From Candidatus Entotheonellaceae bacterium (GTDB lineage Bacteria; Tectomicrobia; Entotheonellia; Entotheonellales; Entotheonellaceae): a DNA stretch of 64,000 nt. A model generated the notes under the pieces. The model was given only the letters and a program-made list of their open reading frames with translations. It ran no database searches and was not told where the DNA came from. Numbering within the stretch: the first letter of the stretch is position 1; every line of letters begins with the position of its first letter. Made by a program: the position numbers and the translations under genes. The stretch covers positions 1,696,001-1,760,000 of the forward strand of contig OZ250173.1 in NCBI GenBank assembly GCA_965238075.1, written 5' to 3'. Shown piece by piece: positions 37,430-47,689 of this stretch.

Positions 37430-38356
37430 GTGCCGAAGCCCGACTTGCGGGTGAACGTTGCCGGGTTGTGCCTGCAAAACCCTGTCATCGCGGCGTCGGG
37501 CACCTGTGGATACGGCGAAGAACTGCACCCCTTCGTTGACCTCGACCGCCTGGGCGGTGTGGTGGTGAAAGGCTTGTCGCTTGAACCGCGTCCCGGCAAT
37601 CCGGCGCCGCGGCTTGTCGAGACCACGGCCGGCATGCTCAACTCCGTCGGTCTCCAGAACGTCGGCATCGAGGCCTTCCTGCGCGACAAGCTGCCGCGTC
37701 TGCGGGGTTATCGCGCGAATATCGTGGTCAACTTCTTTGGTGATTCCCCGGACGAATACGCCGCGGTGGCGGCCCGTGCCAGTGAAGGGCAAGGCATTGC
37801 GGCTCTTGAAGCCAACATTTCCTGTCCCAACGTCCGGCACGGCGGCATGCTTTTCAGCAGTCATGCGCGTCTGACGGCAGAGGTCGTCGGAAAAATACGA
37901 CAAGCCACCCACCTGCCGCTGTGGGTCAAGCTCAGCCCGAATGTCACCGACATAACGGAAATCGCCCGCGCAGCCGAGGAGGCCGGCGCCGATGCGATCT
38001 CTCTGATCAATACAGTACTGGGCATGGCCATCGACCTGGAGGCGCGCCGGGCTGAGCTGCCACTCGGTTTCGGCGGTCTTTCGGGGCCGGCCATCAAGCC
38101 CATCGCGCTGCGCATGGTCTGGCAGGTATGCCAAGCGGTACGCATTCCTGTGGTTGGCATGGGCGGCATTATGAACGGCCGGGACGCGCTGGAATTTCTC
38201 CTGGCCGGCGCTGCGGCTTGCCAAGTGGGTACGGCAAGCTTCGCAGACCCCGCCGCCTGCCGAAAAATCGTATCCGAGATGGAAGACTATCTGCGGCGCC
38301 GCGGCATCGCCACGGCAGCCGAGCTTTGTGGCAAGCTGCAGACGCCAGCGGAGTAG
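37430..38356 (+). CDS. pyrD: Dihydroorotate dehydrogenase, family 1
   Basis: ASGT, NISCPN, KLSPNV, GGLSGPAIKP. Confidence 0.95.
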   Translation: MPKPDLRVNVAGLCLQNPVIAASGTCGYGEELHPFVDLDRLGGVVVKGLSLEPRPGNPAPRLVETTAGMLNSVGLQNVGIEAFLRDKLPRLRGYRANIVVNFFGDSPDEYAAVAARASEGQGIAALEANISCPNVRHGGMLFSSHARLTAEVVGKIRQATHLPLWVKLSPNVTDITEIARAAEEAGADAISLINTVLGMAIDLEARRAELPLGFGGLSGPAIKPIALRMVWQVCQAVRIPVVGMGGIMNGRDALEFLLAGAAACQVGTASFADPAACRKIVSEMEDYLRRRGIATAAELCGKLQTPAE

Positions 38357-38475
38357 CAACCGGGACACGCGGCTTGCGCGTGCGGTTTCCTGGCAATGGC
38401 AATGCACATTTCAATCGTCTATAGTGCCTCGGTTATACTGATCCCCATCCTACCGAGTCCGCCCCGCTAGCGGCG

Positions 38476-39306
38476 TTGGGCGCCCACAAGAAAGTAGAAA
38501 AAATGGTACCAGGACTGAGAGGAAACCCGAGCGGACAAAAGCGAGAAAAATCCGTTTTTCGCGAATACGCCGAATCGATCATTTTTGCCGTGGTTCTGGC
38601 TCTGATCCTGCGCCAGTTTGTCGTGCAGGCCTTCAAGATCCCCTCCGGTTCCATGGAGGACACCCTGCTCATCGGCGACCACATTCTGGTGAACAAATTT
38701 CTCTATCACCTCACCGACCCCAAACAATTCCACGTTATCGTCTTCCGATATCCTTGGGACGAGGAGCGCGACTTCATCAAGCGCATCATCGCGCTCCCCG
38801 GCGACAGGGTGGAAGTCCGAGACCGCCGGGTTTACGTGAACGGCGATGCGCTGGAGCAGGAATGGTACCTGCACGAGACGGCGTCCTTGGGGCACGAGAA
38901 CTTCGGACCGGTTGTCGTCCCGCGGGCGGGAGACACGGTTGAGATCCGGCAAGATCAGAATCTTTACCTCAACAGCGAACGTGTTCCTATTCCCTCCGGG
39001 ATGTTTTACCCACGCGACCATGGTCAGGCGATGGACGGTTTTCAGGTGTTCTACGGGCCGCTGTTCCCGCCCGGAACGACCCTGCGTCAGCCCGTCGGGC
39101 CGCTAGAGGTGGAGCACGATTACTACTTCACCCTAGGCGACAACCGCGGCAACAGCAGGGACAGCCGTTTCTGGGGCTTGGTGCGCAGCACGCGCATCAA
39201 GGGTAAAGCCTTCTTCATCTACTGGTCGTGGAACCGCGCCACCAGCTTTCCGGACTACATCCGTTGGGACAGGCTCGGCAAGTTGCTGCAACCGCCCTCG
39301 CTCTGA
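38476..39306 (+). CDS. lepB: Signal peptidase I
   Basis: IPSGSM..TL..GD, FIKR, GDNR.NS.DSR; start uncertain (38476/38503). Confidence 0.93.
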   Translation: MGAHKKVEKMVPGLRGNPSGQKREKSVFREYAESIIFAVVLALILRQFVVQAFKIPSGSMEDTLLIGDHILVNKFLYHLTDPKQFHVIVFRYPWDEERDFIKRIIALPGDRVEVRDRRVYVNGDALEQEWYLHETASLGHENFGPVVVPRAGDTVEIRQDQNLYLNSERVPIPSGMFYPRDHGQAMDGFQVFYGPLFPPGTTLRQPVGPLEVEHDYYFTLGDNRGNSRDSRFWGLVRSTRIKGKAFFIYWSWNRATSFPDYIRWDRLGKLLQPPSL

Positions 39307-40130
39307 CAGGCGCCCCCATTCGACACCAATCGACGCAACGTCTCGCTGAGTTGGATAAATTGGGCAACAGGCAGTTCCTGCGCCCGTGCGTTGCTACCGA
39401 GGCCGAGGGCGGCGAAAGCCTGCGCGATAACGGCTTGACTGAGGGACGGATCGGGGAGGCTGAGGAGGTTGCCGCGCAGCAGCTTGCGGCGGTGGGCAAA
39501 GGCGTGCCGGACGACGCAGAAGAACAACTGCTCATCGTGGCTCTGCCACGGCAGTTCGGCGTAGGGCGTCAGGGTGATAACGGTTGAATCAACCGCGGGC
39601 ACGGGCGTGAAGGCGTGCGGTGAGACCTCGAAGCCGTGGTGCAAGGCGGCGTAATACTGGAAAAACACAGACGTGGCGCTGTACGCCGAGGAGTTGGGCT
39701 TGGCAAGCAGGCGAGCGGCGACTTCCTTTTGCAGCATGACGACGAGGCGGCTCAGCCGATGGCGGAAGCGAAAGAGTTGTGTCAGAATCGCCATCCCCGC
39801 TTGATACGGCAGATTGGCCACGACGACCAGGGGCTGCGGCAGTTGGTCGTAATCGTAAGCCCGCGCGTCAGCCTGGAGGATGTGAACGTGCGATGCAGCA
39901 GCGAACCGTTGCAGCATGGTCTGGGCGTAACGCGGATCGATCTCCAAGGCGTACAAAGCGGTCGCTTGGCGGGCCAGAGCGGTGGTGAGAATCCCCCGGC
40001 CCGGGCCGATTTCCAGCACGGTCTCGCCGGCCGCAAGGGCGGCAACGTGCATGATTTTTTCGACAACGAGCCGATCGCGCAAAAACACCTGCCCCAGGCG
40101 CTTGCGGCGATGCGAAATATGTCTTGCCAC
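39255..40130 (-). CDS. rsmA: 16S rRNA adenine dimethyltransferase
   Basis: LGQ.FL, EIGPG.G, ANLPY, QKEVA.RL. Confidence 0.95.
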   Translation of the reverse strand: MARHISHRRKRLGQVFLRDRLVVEKIMHVAALAAGETVLEIGPGRGILTTALARQATALYALEIDPRYAQTMLQRFAAASHVHILQADARAYDYDQLPQPLVVVANLPYQAGMAILTQLFRFRHRLSRLVVMLQKEVAARLLAKPNSSAYSATSVFFQYYAALHHGFEVSPHAFTPVPAVDSTVITLTPYAELPWQSHDEQLFFCVVRHAFAHRRKLLRGNLLSLPDPSLSQAVIAQAFAALGLGSNARAQELPVAQFIQLSETLRRLVSNGGACQSEGGCSNLPSLSQRM

Positions 40131-40242
40131 GAGCCGTTTTCCCTTCCTTTTGTGGACCCGAAGCGATCCAAAAACCAGCGTTAACGGCAGTATAGCCGAT
40201 CCCGTGTAACCGACGCCCGACTCTGAGGCCGAAGGAACAGCC

Positions 40243-41460
40243 GTGAAAATCCATGAGTATCAGGCCAAGACGATCTTGCGAGAGCATGGTGTGCCCGTCC
40301 CGGCTGGGTCGTCGGCAGCTTCCGCAGCGCAGGCGAGACAAGTGGCCGAAACGCTTGGCGGCGAACGCTGGGTCGTCAAAGCGCAAATCCACGCCGGCGG
40401 GCGTGGCAAGGGCGGCGGTATCCGACGGGCCGCCAGCCTCGCGGAGGTGGAACAATACGCCGGGCAACTGCTGGGGAGCCGTCTGGTAACGCCGCAAACC
40501 GGTCCGCAAGGGCAGGAAGTGCGTCAGGTTCTCGTCGAGGAAGGCTGCGACATCGCCCAAGAGCTGTATTGCAGCCTGTTCATCGACCGCGCCGCCGGCC
40601 AGCCGGCCTTGATGCTCAGCCCCGCCGGGGGCATGGACATCGAAACGGTGGCGGCCGACCACCCGGAGAAAATCTTCCGTACCCACGTCGACGTACTGCT
40701 CGGCTTGGCCGACTTCCAGGTCCGTGGGCTGGTTGCCAATTTACCCGTCAATGCTGCGGCGCAACGCGCCTTGGCACCCCTGCTGCAGCAACTTTACGGC
40801 GTGTTCCGCGCCAAGGACTGCTCGCTGCTGGAGGTCAACCCGCTGATCCTGACGCCCGACGACCGCCCCGTCGTGCTCGATGCCAAGATGCAGTTCGACG
40901 ACAACGCCCTGTTCCGCCACGCCGACGTTGCGGCGCTGCGCGACCCCGCCGAGGAAGACCCGCTGGAAGTCGAGGCAGCCGCGTATGACCTGACGTACAT
41001 CAAACTCTCCGGCAACGTCGGCTGCATCGTCAACGGCGCCGGGTTGGCCATGGCTACGATGGACGTCATCAAGCTGGGCGGCGGCTCCCCGGCCAATTTT
41101 CTGGACGTCGGCGGCGCCGCTGATGCCGACAGGGTGGAAAACGCGTTTCGCATTCTGATGGCTGACCCGCACGTCAAGGCGGTGCTGATCAACGTCTTCG
41201 GCGGTATTCTGCGCTGCGACGTGTTCGCGGAAGGCGTGTTGCATGCGGTGTCCAAGGTAGCAGTCGAGGTTCCGGTGATTGTTCGCATTGCCGGCACGAA
41301 CGCCGAAGAAGGCCGGCGGTTATTCGCCGAATCGGGGCTGAATTTTCTGGTGGCGGACGACATGGCAGACGCTGCTGCCAAGGTGTCGCAAGTCATCCAT
41401 TCACCCCTCCCCAATCCCTCCCTCAAGGAAAGGGGCTTCATGGCGCAGGACGAAGCATGA
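40243..41460 (+). CDS. sucC: Succinyl-CoA synthetase beta subunit
   Basis: [26 protein letters not shown]. Confidence 0.97.
   Translation: MKIHEYQAKTILREHGVPVPAGSSAASAAQARQVAETLGGERWVVKAQIHAGGRGKGGGIRRAASLAEVEQYAGQLLGSRLVTPQTGPQGQEVRQVLVEEGCDIAQELYCSLFIDRAAGQPALMLSPAGGMDIETVAADHPEKIFRTHVDVLLGLADFQVRGLVANLPVNAAAQRALAPLLQQLYGVFRAKDCSLLEVNPLILTPDDRPVVLDAKMQFDDNALFRHADVAALRDPAEEDPLEVEAAAYDLTYIKLSGNVGCIVNGAGLAMATMDVIKLGGGSPANFLDVGGAADADRVENAFRILMADPHVKAVLINVFGGILRCDVFAEGVLHAVSKVAVEVPVIVRIAGTNAEEGRRLFAESGLNFLVADDMADAAAKVSQVIHSPLPNPSLKERGFMAQDEA
41404..41435 (+). repeat. Family B palindrome in sucC 3' end
   Basis: CCCCTCCCCAATCCCTCCCTCAAGGAAAGGGG. Confidence 0.85.
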
Positions 41461-42332
41461 GCATTCTGGTCGACGAAAACACCCGCCTGCTGGTGCAGGG
41501 CATGGGACGAGAAGGGCGGTTTCACGCCGAGCAGGCGGTGGACTACGGCACGCGCTACGTCGGCGGCGTGAATCCGGGCCGGGGCGGCGGCGCGGCCTTG
41601 GGGCGGCCGCTGTTCAACACGGTGGCCAGCGCCGTGGCCGACACCGGCGCCGACACCAGCATCATTTTCGTGCCCGCGCCGTTCGCGGCGGACGCCATCT
41701 GCGAGGCCATCGACGCCGGCATCGGCCTGATCGTCTGCATCACCGACGGTATTCCAGTGCTCGACATGGTCACCGTGCGACGCTACATGGCGGGCAAAGA
41801 CGCCACCCTGATCGGCCCCAATTGCCCGGGCGTCATTTCGCCGGGGAAGGCCAAGGTGGGCATCATGCCGGGACATATTCACCAACCCGGACGCGTCGGG
41901 GTGATCTCCCGCAGCGGCACGCTGACGTACGAGGCCGTGGCGCAACTCACGGCGCGCGGCATCGGCCAATCCACCTGCGTCGGCATTGGCGGCGACCCCA
42001 TCGGCGGTCTCAATTTCGTGCAGTGCTTGAGCCTGTTCGCGGCAGATGCGGACACCGACGTCATTGTTCTGATCGGAGAGATCGGCGGCTCAGCGGAGGA
42101 AGAAGCGGCCGCCTATATTGCGGAGCACGTCAGCAAGCCGGTGGTCGGATTTATCGCCGGACAGAGCGCGCCCGCGGGCCGGCGCATGGGGCACGCCGGG
42201 GCGATCGTCGACGGCGCCCGAGGCACCGCGGCCTCGAAAATTGCGGCTATGGAAGAAAACGGTCTCACGGTCGTCCGCAGCCCCGCCGGCATCGGCGCGG
42301 CAGTGGCGGACGTGTTGGACGGGAACACCTGA
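41457..42332 (+). CDS. sucD: Succinyl-CoA synthetase alpha subunit
   Basis: [22 protein letters not shown]. Confidence 0.97.
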   Translation: MSILVDENTRLLVQGMGREGRFHAEQAVDYGTRYVGGVNPGRGGGAALGRPLFNTVASAVADTGADTSIIFVPAPFAADAICEAIDAGIGLIVCITDGIPVLDMVTVRRYMAGKDATLIGPNCPGVISPGKAKVGIMPGHIHQPGRVGVISRSGTLTYEAVAQLTARGIGQSTCVGIGGDPIGGLNFVQCLSLFAADADTDVIVLIGEIGGSAEEEAAAYIAEHVSKPVVGFIAGQSAPAGRRMGHAGAIVDGARGTAASKIAAMEENGLTVVRSPAGIGAAVADVLDGNT

Positions 42333-42344
42333 AAGGGCAGAAAT

Positions 42345-42773
42345 TTGGAACGCACGCTAGCCATCATTAAACCGGACGCCGTGGGGCGCAACCTGGCCGG
42401 CAACATCATCGCACGCTTGCAAGGCGAGGGGTTCGTCGTGCTCGGGCTGAAAATGATCCGCCTCAGCCAGGACGACGCCAAGCGCTTTTACGCCGTACAC
42501 CGCGAGCGGCCGTTCTTCGACAGCCTGACCGCCTACATGGCGTCAGGGCCGATCATTCCGCTGCTGCTGCAACGCGATGAGGCCATCAAGACCTTGCGAG
42601 ACGTGATGGGCGCCACCGACCCGAGCCAAGCGGCGCCGGGCACCCTGCGGCAGGAATTCGGCGTTGACGTGGAGAAAAACTCCATCCACGGGTCCGATTC
42701 GCCCGCTTCGGCGGCGCAGGAAATCCCGTTCTTCTTCAGCCAACTGGCGTGTCACGAGGCAGAACCCCGCTGA
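42345..42773 (+). CDS. ndk: Nucleoside diphosphate kinase
   Basis: ERTLAIIKPDA, NSIHGSDS; TTG start. Confidence 0.96.
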   Translation: MERTLAIIKPDAVGRNLAGNIIARLQGEGFVVLGLKMIRLSQDDAKRFYAVHRERPFFDSLTAYMASGPIIPLLLQRDEAIKTLRDVMGATDPSQAAPGTLRQEFGVDVEKNSIHGSDSPASAAQEIPFFFSQLACHEAEPR

Positions 42774-43349
42774 CCTGCTGTTCCCACCTTGGTACGCGGG
42801 CGTCTCGCCAGCAAATCCCCTGACCTTCCTCACGCGGCCCCCTGCTTCATGCGCCGGGGAACCGGCGCCGTGGTCGGGACGCACTGTACACGACAAAAGT
42901 CATTAAGTAGTTGAAAGAATAGGTGTAACCTCCTATCGTGGAAGGTCTACCAAGCCTATCCACAACACCTGACGTGTCAGGAGATTACACCCATTAAGCA
43001 CTCTGCCAGACTCGCCGACCTGCTCCAATCCACCTTTGGCTTACACCGGGCTCGCGTCGCCTGTCTGGCCGCCCTTGTCATCGCCCTGTTCAGGGTCAAA
43101 ACCGTCAACCTCGCCCAACTCGCCACCGCCTTTCCGGGGACTGCCGAGATCGGCGCCTGCAACGCTTCTGCCAACACGTCCAACTCCAACCCGCGCGCGT
43201 GGTCACATTCGTGCTCGCTTTTCTACCCGACGCCCCCTACACCCTGACTCTCGATCGAACCCAGTGGATGCTTGGCAGGGTGCCCATCAACTTCCTCGTC
43301 CTGTCCGTCGTCCACGACGGCACCGCCTTCCCTCTTTTCTGGCGCGTCC

Positions 43350-43373
43350 CTGAATCAAGTTCAGGGCAGGCTC
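43350..43373 (+). repeat. Family A 24-nt element
   Basis: CTGAATCAAGTTCAGGGCAGGCTC; reads PESSSGQA. Confidence 0.9.
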
Positions 43374-43806
43374 TGGCCAAAAGGGGCAACTCCAATACCC
43401 AGGAGCGCATCGAGTTGCTGGGTCAGTTCCTCACGGTGGTTGGGGGCGACAAGATTGACTGTCTGGTAGCTGACCGAGAGTTTATCGGCGCCACCTGGTT
43501 CGCCTGGCTCAGAGCCAACCACATCCCCTTGTGCATCCGAACACGACATGCGGGTCTCGCGGACAACCGGAGCCTTATCACCGGCGCGCAACTTTTTCAG
43601 AAGTCTTCCCCGTTCGACCTCGTGTTCCTTGATCGGCCCGCGTCTCGTTTGCGGCCACTGGCTTTGGGTAACCGGTCTGCGCTTGTCCTGTGGGGCTTAT
43701 TTGATCGTGGTGTCAAATCGTCCGGGTCATCGAGCCCTGGAGATGTATAAGCAGAGGTGGCAGATAGAGGTACTCTTCGAGGCGCTCAAATCAAGAGGCT
43801 TCAACC

Positions 43807-43830
43807 CTGAATCGAGTTCAGGGCAGGCTT
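43807..43830 (+). repeat. Family A 24-nt element
   Basis: CTGAATCGAGTTCAGGGCAGGCTT; absent from paralogous IS at ~6720. Confidence 0.92.
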
Positions 43831-44053
43831 TTGAGGAGACGCGCTTGAGAGATGCCAAGCGCTTGGAGACGTTATGTGGTGTGTTGGCGATAGCGTTTTG
43901 CTGGGCCTATCATGTAGGTGCTTGGTGGCATCGGCTCAAAGCGATCCCGCTCAAGACGCATCAGAGAGCCGCGAAAAGCCTGTTTCGCCATGGATTTGAC
44001 GGCATTCGCCAAGCCGTCCTTAATGTGACAGACAAGTGGGAGCAGTTTGAGCA

Positions 44054-44077
44054 GAGCCTGCCCCGACCCGATCCGGG
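44054..44077 (-). repeat. Family A 24-nt element
   Basis: Minus strand CCCGGATCGGGTCGGGGCAGGCTC. Confidence 0.85.
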
Positions 44078-44219
44078 GTCCTCAGCCTGCTCTGGAAGGT
44101 GCTCACTTCGCCCAAAGCGCTTCTCCATCCACTCTACCCTACATAATTTTCGTGTACAGTGATCGCGACGTTCCCCTTCATCGTGTGGGAAAAGAAGGGC
44201 TGTCGTACTGGAGGAGGGG

Positions 44220-44615
44220 TCAGCCACTCAGCCCATCCAGCAGCCATTGCGGGAACCTCACCGGCCGTTGCTGGTCGTTGACACACATGTGCGTGGTAGT
44301 GCCGGAGGCCAGGAGTTGCTCCTGTCGGGTGACTTCGTAGGCATAGCACAGTTGGCGGGATTTCAGCTCCTGCACGCGGGTACGCACGGTGATTTCCTCA
44401 TCGTAACGCGCGGAAGCGGTCAGGCGGCACTGGAATTCGGTGACCGGGAAGTAATACCCGCGGCTTTCCAACTCGGTGTACGGCATGCCGACCGCCCGCA
44501 TGTATTCTGAACGGCCGCATTCAAACCACACCAGGTAATTGGCGTAGTAAACGATGCCCATCTGATCGGTCTCGGCGTACCGGGGGCGCAGGTGCAGGCT
44601 GACGATTCGTGACAT
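44220..44615 (-). CDS. Acyl-CoA thioesterase (YbgC/4HBT family)
   Basis: RYAETDQMGIVYYANYLVWFE. Confidence 0.92.
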   Translation of the reverse strand: MSRIVSLHLRPRYAETDQMGIVYYANYLVWFECGRSEYMRAVGMPYTELESRGYYFPVTEFQCRLTASARYDEEITVRTRVQELKSRQLCYAYEVTRQEQLLASGTTTHMCVNDQQRPVRFPQWLLDGLSG

Positions 44616-44650
44616 GGGTTCGCTTTCCGCTCCGCAGGCGGCAGGGGTGG

Positions 44651-45793
44651 TTATTGGTCGTAGGTGATGCGGTAGATGACACCGGCGCGGTCGTCCGAAA
44701 CCAGCAGGGCGCCGTCGGGCATGACTAGCACGTCCACGGGGCGTCCCCACGCTTGCGCGCCGCGCAGCCAGCCGTCCACGAACACCTCGTACTCCTCAGC
44801 CTGGTCGCCCGCCAGTTTCACCCGCATGACGCGATAGCCGATCGGCGTGCTGCGATTCCAGGAGCCGTGCTGCGCCACGAAGATCTGATGCCGGTACGCC
44901 TCGGGAAACATGCTGCCTGTGTAAAACCGCATCCCCAACCCGGCGACGTGCGGGCCGAGGGCAACCACCGGCGACTCGAACTCCGAGCACGGCCGCTCGC
45001 TGCCGAATTTCGGGTCGGGAATTTTGCCCTCGTGGCAGTATGGAAAGCCGAAGTGCAGCCCGGGACGCGGGGCGTGGTTGAGTTCGTCCGAGGGGCGATT
45101 ATCGCCCAGCATGTCGCGGCCATTGTCGGTGAACCACAGCTCGTGGGTTTCCGGGTGCCAGTCGAATCCCACCGAGTTGCGCACCCCGCGGGCAAACGGT
45201 TCCAACCCGGTTCCGTCCGGGCGCATGCGGAGGATGGCGGCGTAGCGCGGGTCGTCGCTACGCTCGCACACGTTGCAGGGCGCGCCGACCGGTACATACA
45301 TCAGGCCGTCGGGGCCGAAGGCGATGAATTTCCAGCCGTGATGGCGGTCGTTGGGCAGGGTGTTGATAACCACTGAAGGCCGCGGCGGGCGGTCCAATCT
45401 GGCTTCGATGTCGTCGTAGCGGAGGATACGGCTCACCTCGGCCACGTACAGCGACCCGTCTCGGAAGGCAACACCGGTGGGCAGGTTCAACCCACGGGCA
45501 ATGGAGATGACGGTTTCGGCCTTGTGGTCGCCGTCGCGGTCCACAACGGCGTAAACTCGGCCCGCGCGGCGGCTGCCTACGAACACGACGCCGCTGGGGC
45601 TCAGGGCCATGGCGCGGGCGTTCGGGACGTCGTCGGCGTAGAGACTGATGGAAAACCCGGGCGGCAGGTTGAGAGTGTGCAGGGGCAGTTGCTTGGCCTC
45701 GACCGCCGTCGCGTATACGGCCACACAAAGGACGACAAGCACGCTGATATGGGCGCCAAGGCTGGGATGTGTTTTCCGTCGTAAAACTGACAT
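44651..45793 (-). CDS. PQQ-dependent sugar/sorbosone dehydrogenase family, secreted
   Basis: HHGWKFIAFGPDG, RGVRNSVG, HGSWNR, GRPVD. Confidence 0.9.
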   Translation of the reverse strand: MSVLRRKTHPSLGAHISVLVVLCVAVYATAVEAKQLPLHTLNLPPGFSISLYADDVPNARAMALSPSGVVFVGSRRAGRVYAVVDRDGDHKAETVISIARGLNLPTGVAFRDGSLYVAEVSRILRYDDIEARLDRPPRPSVVINTLPNDRHHGWKFIAFGPDGLMYVPVGAPCNVCERSDDPRYAAILRMRPDGTGLEPFARGVRNSVGFDWHPETHELWFTDNGRDMLGDNRPSDELNHAPRPGLHFGFPYCHEGKIPDPKFGSERPCSEFESPVVALGPHVAGLGMRFYTGSMFPEAYRHQIFVAQHGSWNRSTPIGYRVMRVKLAGDQAEEYEVFVDGWLRGAQAWGRPVDVLVMPDGALLVSDDRAGVIYRITYDQ

Positions 45794-45896
45794 GAAACCT
45801 CCGGAGCGCCGCGGCGCCGATTCGTCAAGATTGAGTCATCGAGGGTTGGAAACGATTGCAGTCCATGTTAGCGCGTTCGGTCAGCCGCTCGCAAAC

Positions 45897-47492
45897 TCAC
45901 GCCGGGCTTGCCTGTCTCCGGGGCCGGCTGGCCAGCCGCCGCACGACAATCCACGCCATGGGCAGACAGGCCAGGAGGAACGCCACGCCAATCATCAGAA
46001 AGCTGTCGCGGAAGCCCGCGGCAACGGCCTCCAGGTCCATCTGTTGCTTGATCGTCTTCAAGGCTCCCCAATCCGCGTTTCCATCCATGATTCCGGCTCG
46101 ATTCAGGTAGCGCTTCACGTCGTCCAGGGCCGTCGTATGGGTGGGCGCCATGGCGTCGTATTCGTGGTAGCTCACCAATTGGTGCGCAGCGCGCTGCCGT
46201 TCAAAGAACACGCTGGTCACGGTGACCCCGAGGCTGGCGCCGATGTTGCGCGTGACGCCCATCAAGCCCTGGCCCATGCGCACGTCCTCTGGCGGCAGCA
46301 TCTGAACGTTGAGTGCCGTCAGCGAGGTGATGGTCGAAAACATGCAGGTGCGATACAGAATGATGTAGCCGATCAACACGCCGGCGGTCGTCAGCGTCGT
46401 AACCGTGGCGAAACTCATGAACACGCCGGTGAGCACCACGAACCCGACCGTGGCCATGACGGCAGGCGAAATCATGTCGTTGAGACGGCCGCTGACCACG
46501 CCGCTCAGTCCCGATACGATCAGCGCCGGCACGATGATCAGGCCAGCCTGTAATGGCGTGAACCCCATCACCTGCTGCAGAAAGATCGGCACCATGAATT
46601 GGGCGCCGAAAAGGCCGATCATATTGAAGAATGCCGTGACGCAGACGTTTCGAAGCCCGGCGCGGCGAAACAGCCGCAGGTTCACGGCGGGGAAACGGGT
46701 GAACAGTTCCCACAGGATGAACAGGCTGCCGCCGGACGCAGCGCCAATGCCCAGGAGCACGATGGTGGACACGGCGGTGCTGCGGTCCCGCGCCAGGCTG
46801 ATCGCCAGCAGCAGCGGTACCAGAAAGCCGCCCAGGAACGTGAGACCCAGGTAGTCGACCGGCTCGCGGCGCCCATCGCGTTGCTGCGGGAGCATCAGCC
46901 AACCCAACAGCACCGACAGGACGCCGGTGGGCAGGCCCATGAAGAAGATCAGGCGCCACGAGACGTGCTCAAGGAAGTAACCGCCCAAGGTGAACGAAAT
47001 GATGTGTCCGGCCGACCAGCCGACGGTGCGCAGCCCCAGCGCCAAGCCCCGCTGCCGGGCCGGAAACGTCTGTACCAGAATGACCGCCGTCAAGCCCTCC
47101 ATCGGTCCCAGCGCGGTACCTTGCAGCAGTCGGAAGAAAACCAGCATGGGCAGATTGGTAGCCAAGCCGCAGCCGATCGATGAAATGACGAAACCCGCCA
47201 TGATGGTCACGAACAGATTGCGGTTCCCCATGACTGCGCCGAGCCAGCCCAGCATGGGGATCATCAGCGTGCGGGCGATGAGAAAGCCGGTGGTGACCCA
47301 TTGCGTGGTCGCCAAGTCCGTGCCAAACGCCGCCATCAGCCTGGGAATGGCCAGATTCACGCTGTTGCCGGCGAACGTCTGGGTTCCCCCTGCCACCAGG
47401 ACGATAGCGGCCACCAACCACTTGTAGCTCGGCGCTTCGGTATCCAGCGCCAATACGGTAGAGGCGCGCGCGCCTTCTACGGATCTTGCCAT
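45897..47492 (-). CDS. DHA2 (EmrB/QacA) MFS efflux transporter
   Basis: ~14 TM segments; QWVTTGF, FRLLQG, RNIGASLG. Confidence 0.9.
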   Translation of the reverse strand: MARSVEGARASTVLALDTEAPSYKWLVAAIVLVAGGTQTFAGNSVNLAIPRLMAAFGTDLATTQWVTTGFLIARTLMIPMLGWLGAVMGNRNLFVTIMAGFVISSIGCGLATNLPMLVFFRLLQGTALGPMEGLTAVILVQTFPARQRGLALGLRTVGWSAGHIISFTLGGYFLEHVSWRLIFFMGLPTGVLSVLLGWLMLPQQRDGRREPVDYLGLTFLGGFLVPLLLAISLARDRSTAVSTIVLLGIGAASGGSLFILWELFTRFPAVNLRLFRRAGLRNVCVTAFFNMIGLFGAQFMVPIFLQQVMGFTPLQAGLIIVPALIVSGLSGVVSGRLNDMISPAVMATVGFVVLTGVFMSFATVTTLTTAGVLIGYIILYRTCMFSTITSLTALNVQMLPPEDVRMGQGLMGVTRNIGASLGVTVTSVFFERQRAAHQLVSYHEYDAMAPTHTTALDDVKRYLNRAGIMDGNADWGALKTIKQQMDLEAVAAGFRDSFLMIGVAFLLACLPMAWIVVRRLASRPRRQASPA

Positions 47493-47689
47493 TTTCGATT
47501 CTCTTTCCGGCCCGGTTCTGACATCAAGATATGAAGCAGTGTAACCGAATCAGCGAGCCGAGCGTCGGTCTGAGGCCTCCGGTTTGTGCTATGGTAATGC
47601 TATTGGCGTTTTGAGGATATTGACGAGTTGCGGTTGCCCGCGCTGGACGATGACACCATCATTGGCGGTTTATGGGGAGAGAAAACGAA

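Larger units (their letters stand above)
42882..44161 (+). mobile_element. IS4-family (ISAba1/IS10-like) element, frameshifted, carrying three 24-nt palindromic insertions
   Basis: IRs CACTGTACACGACAAAA / TTTTCGTGTACAGTG; near 9-bp TSD GTCGGGACG/ATCGCGACG; DRTQW, ADREFIG, RWQIEVLF. Confidence 0.9.
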
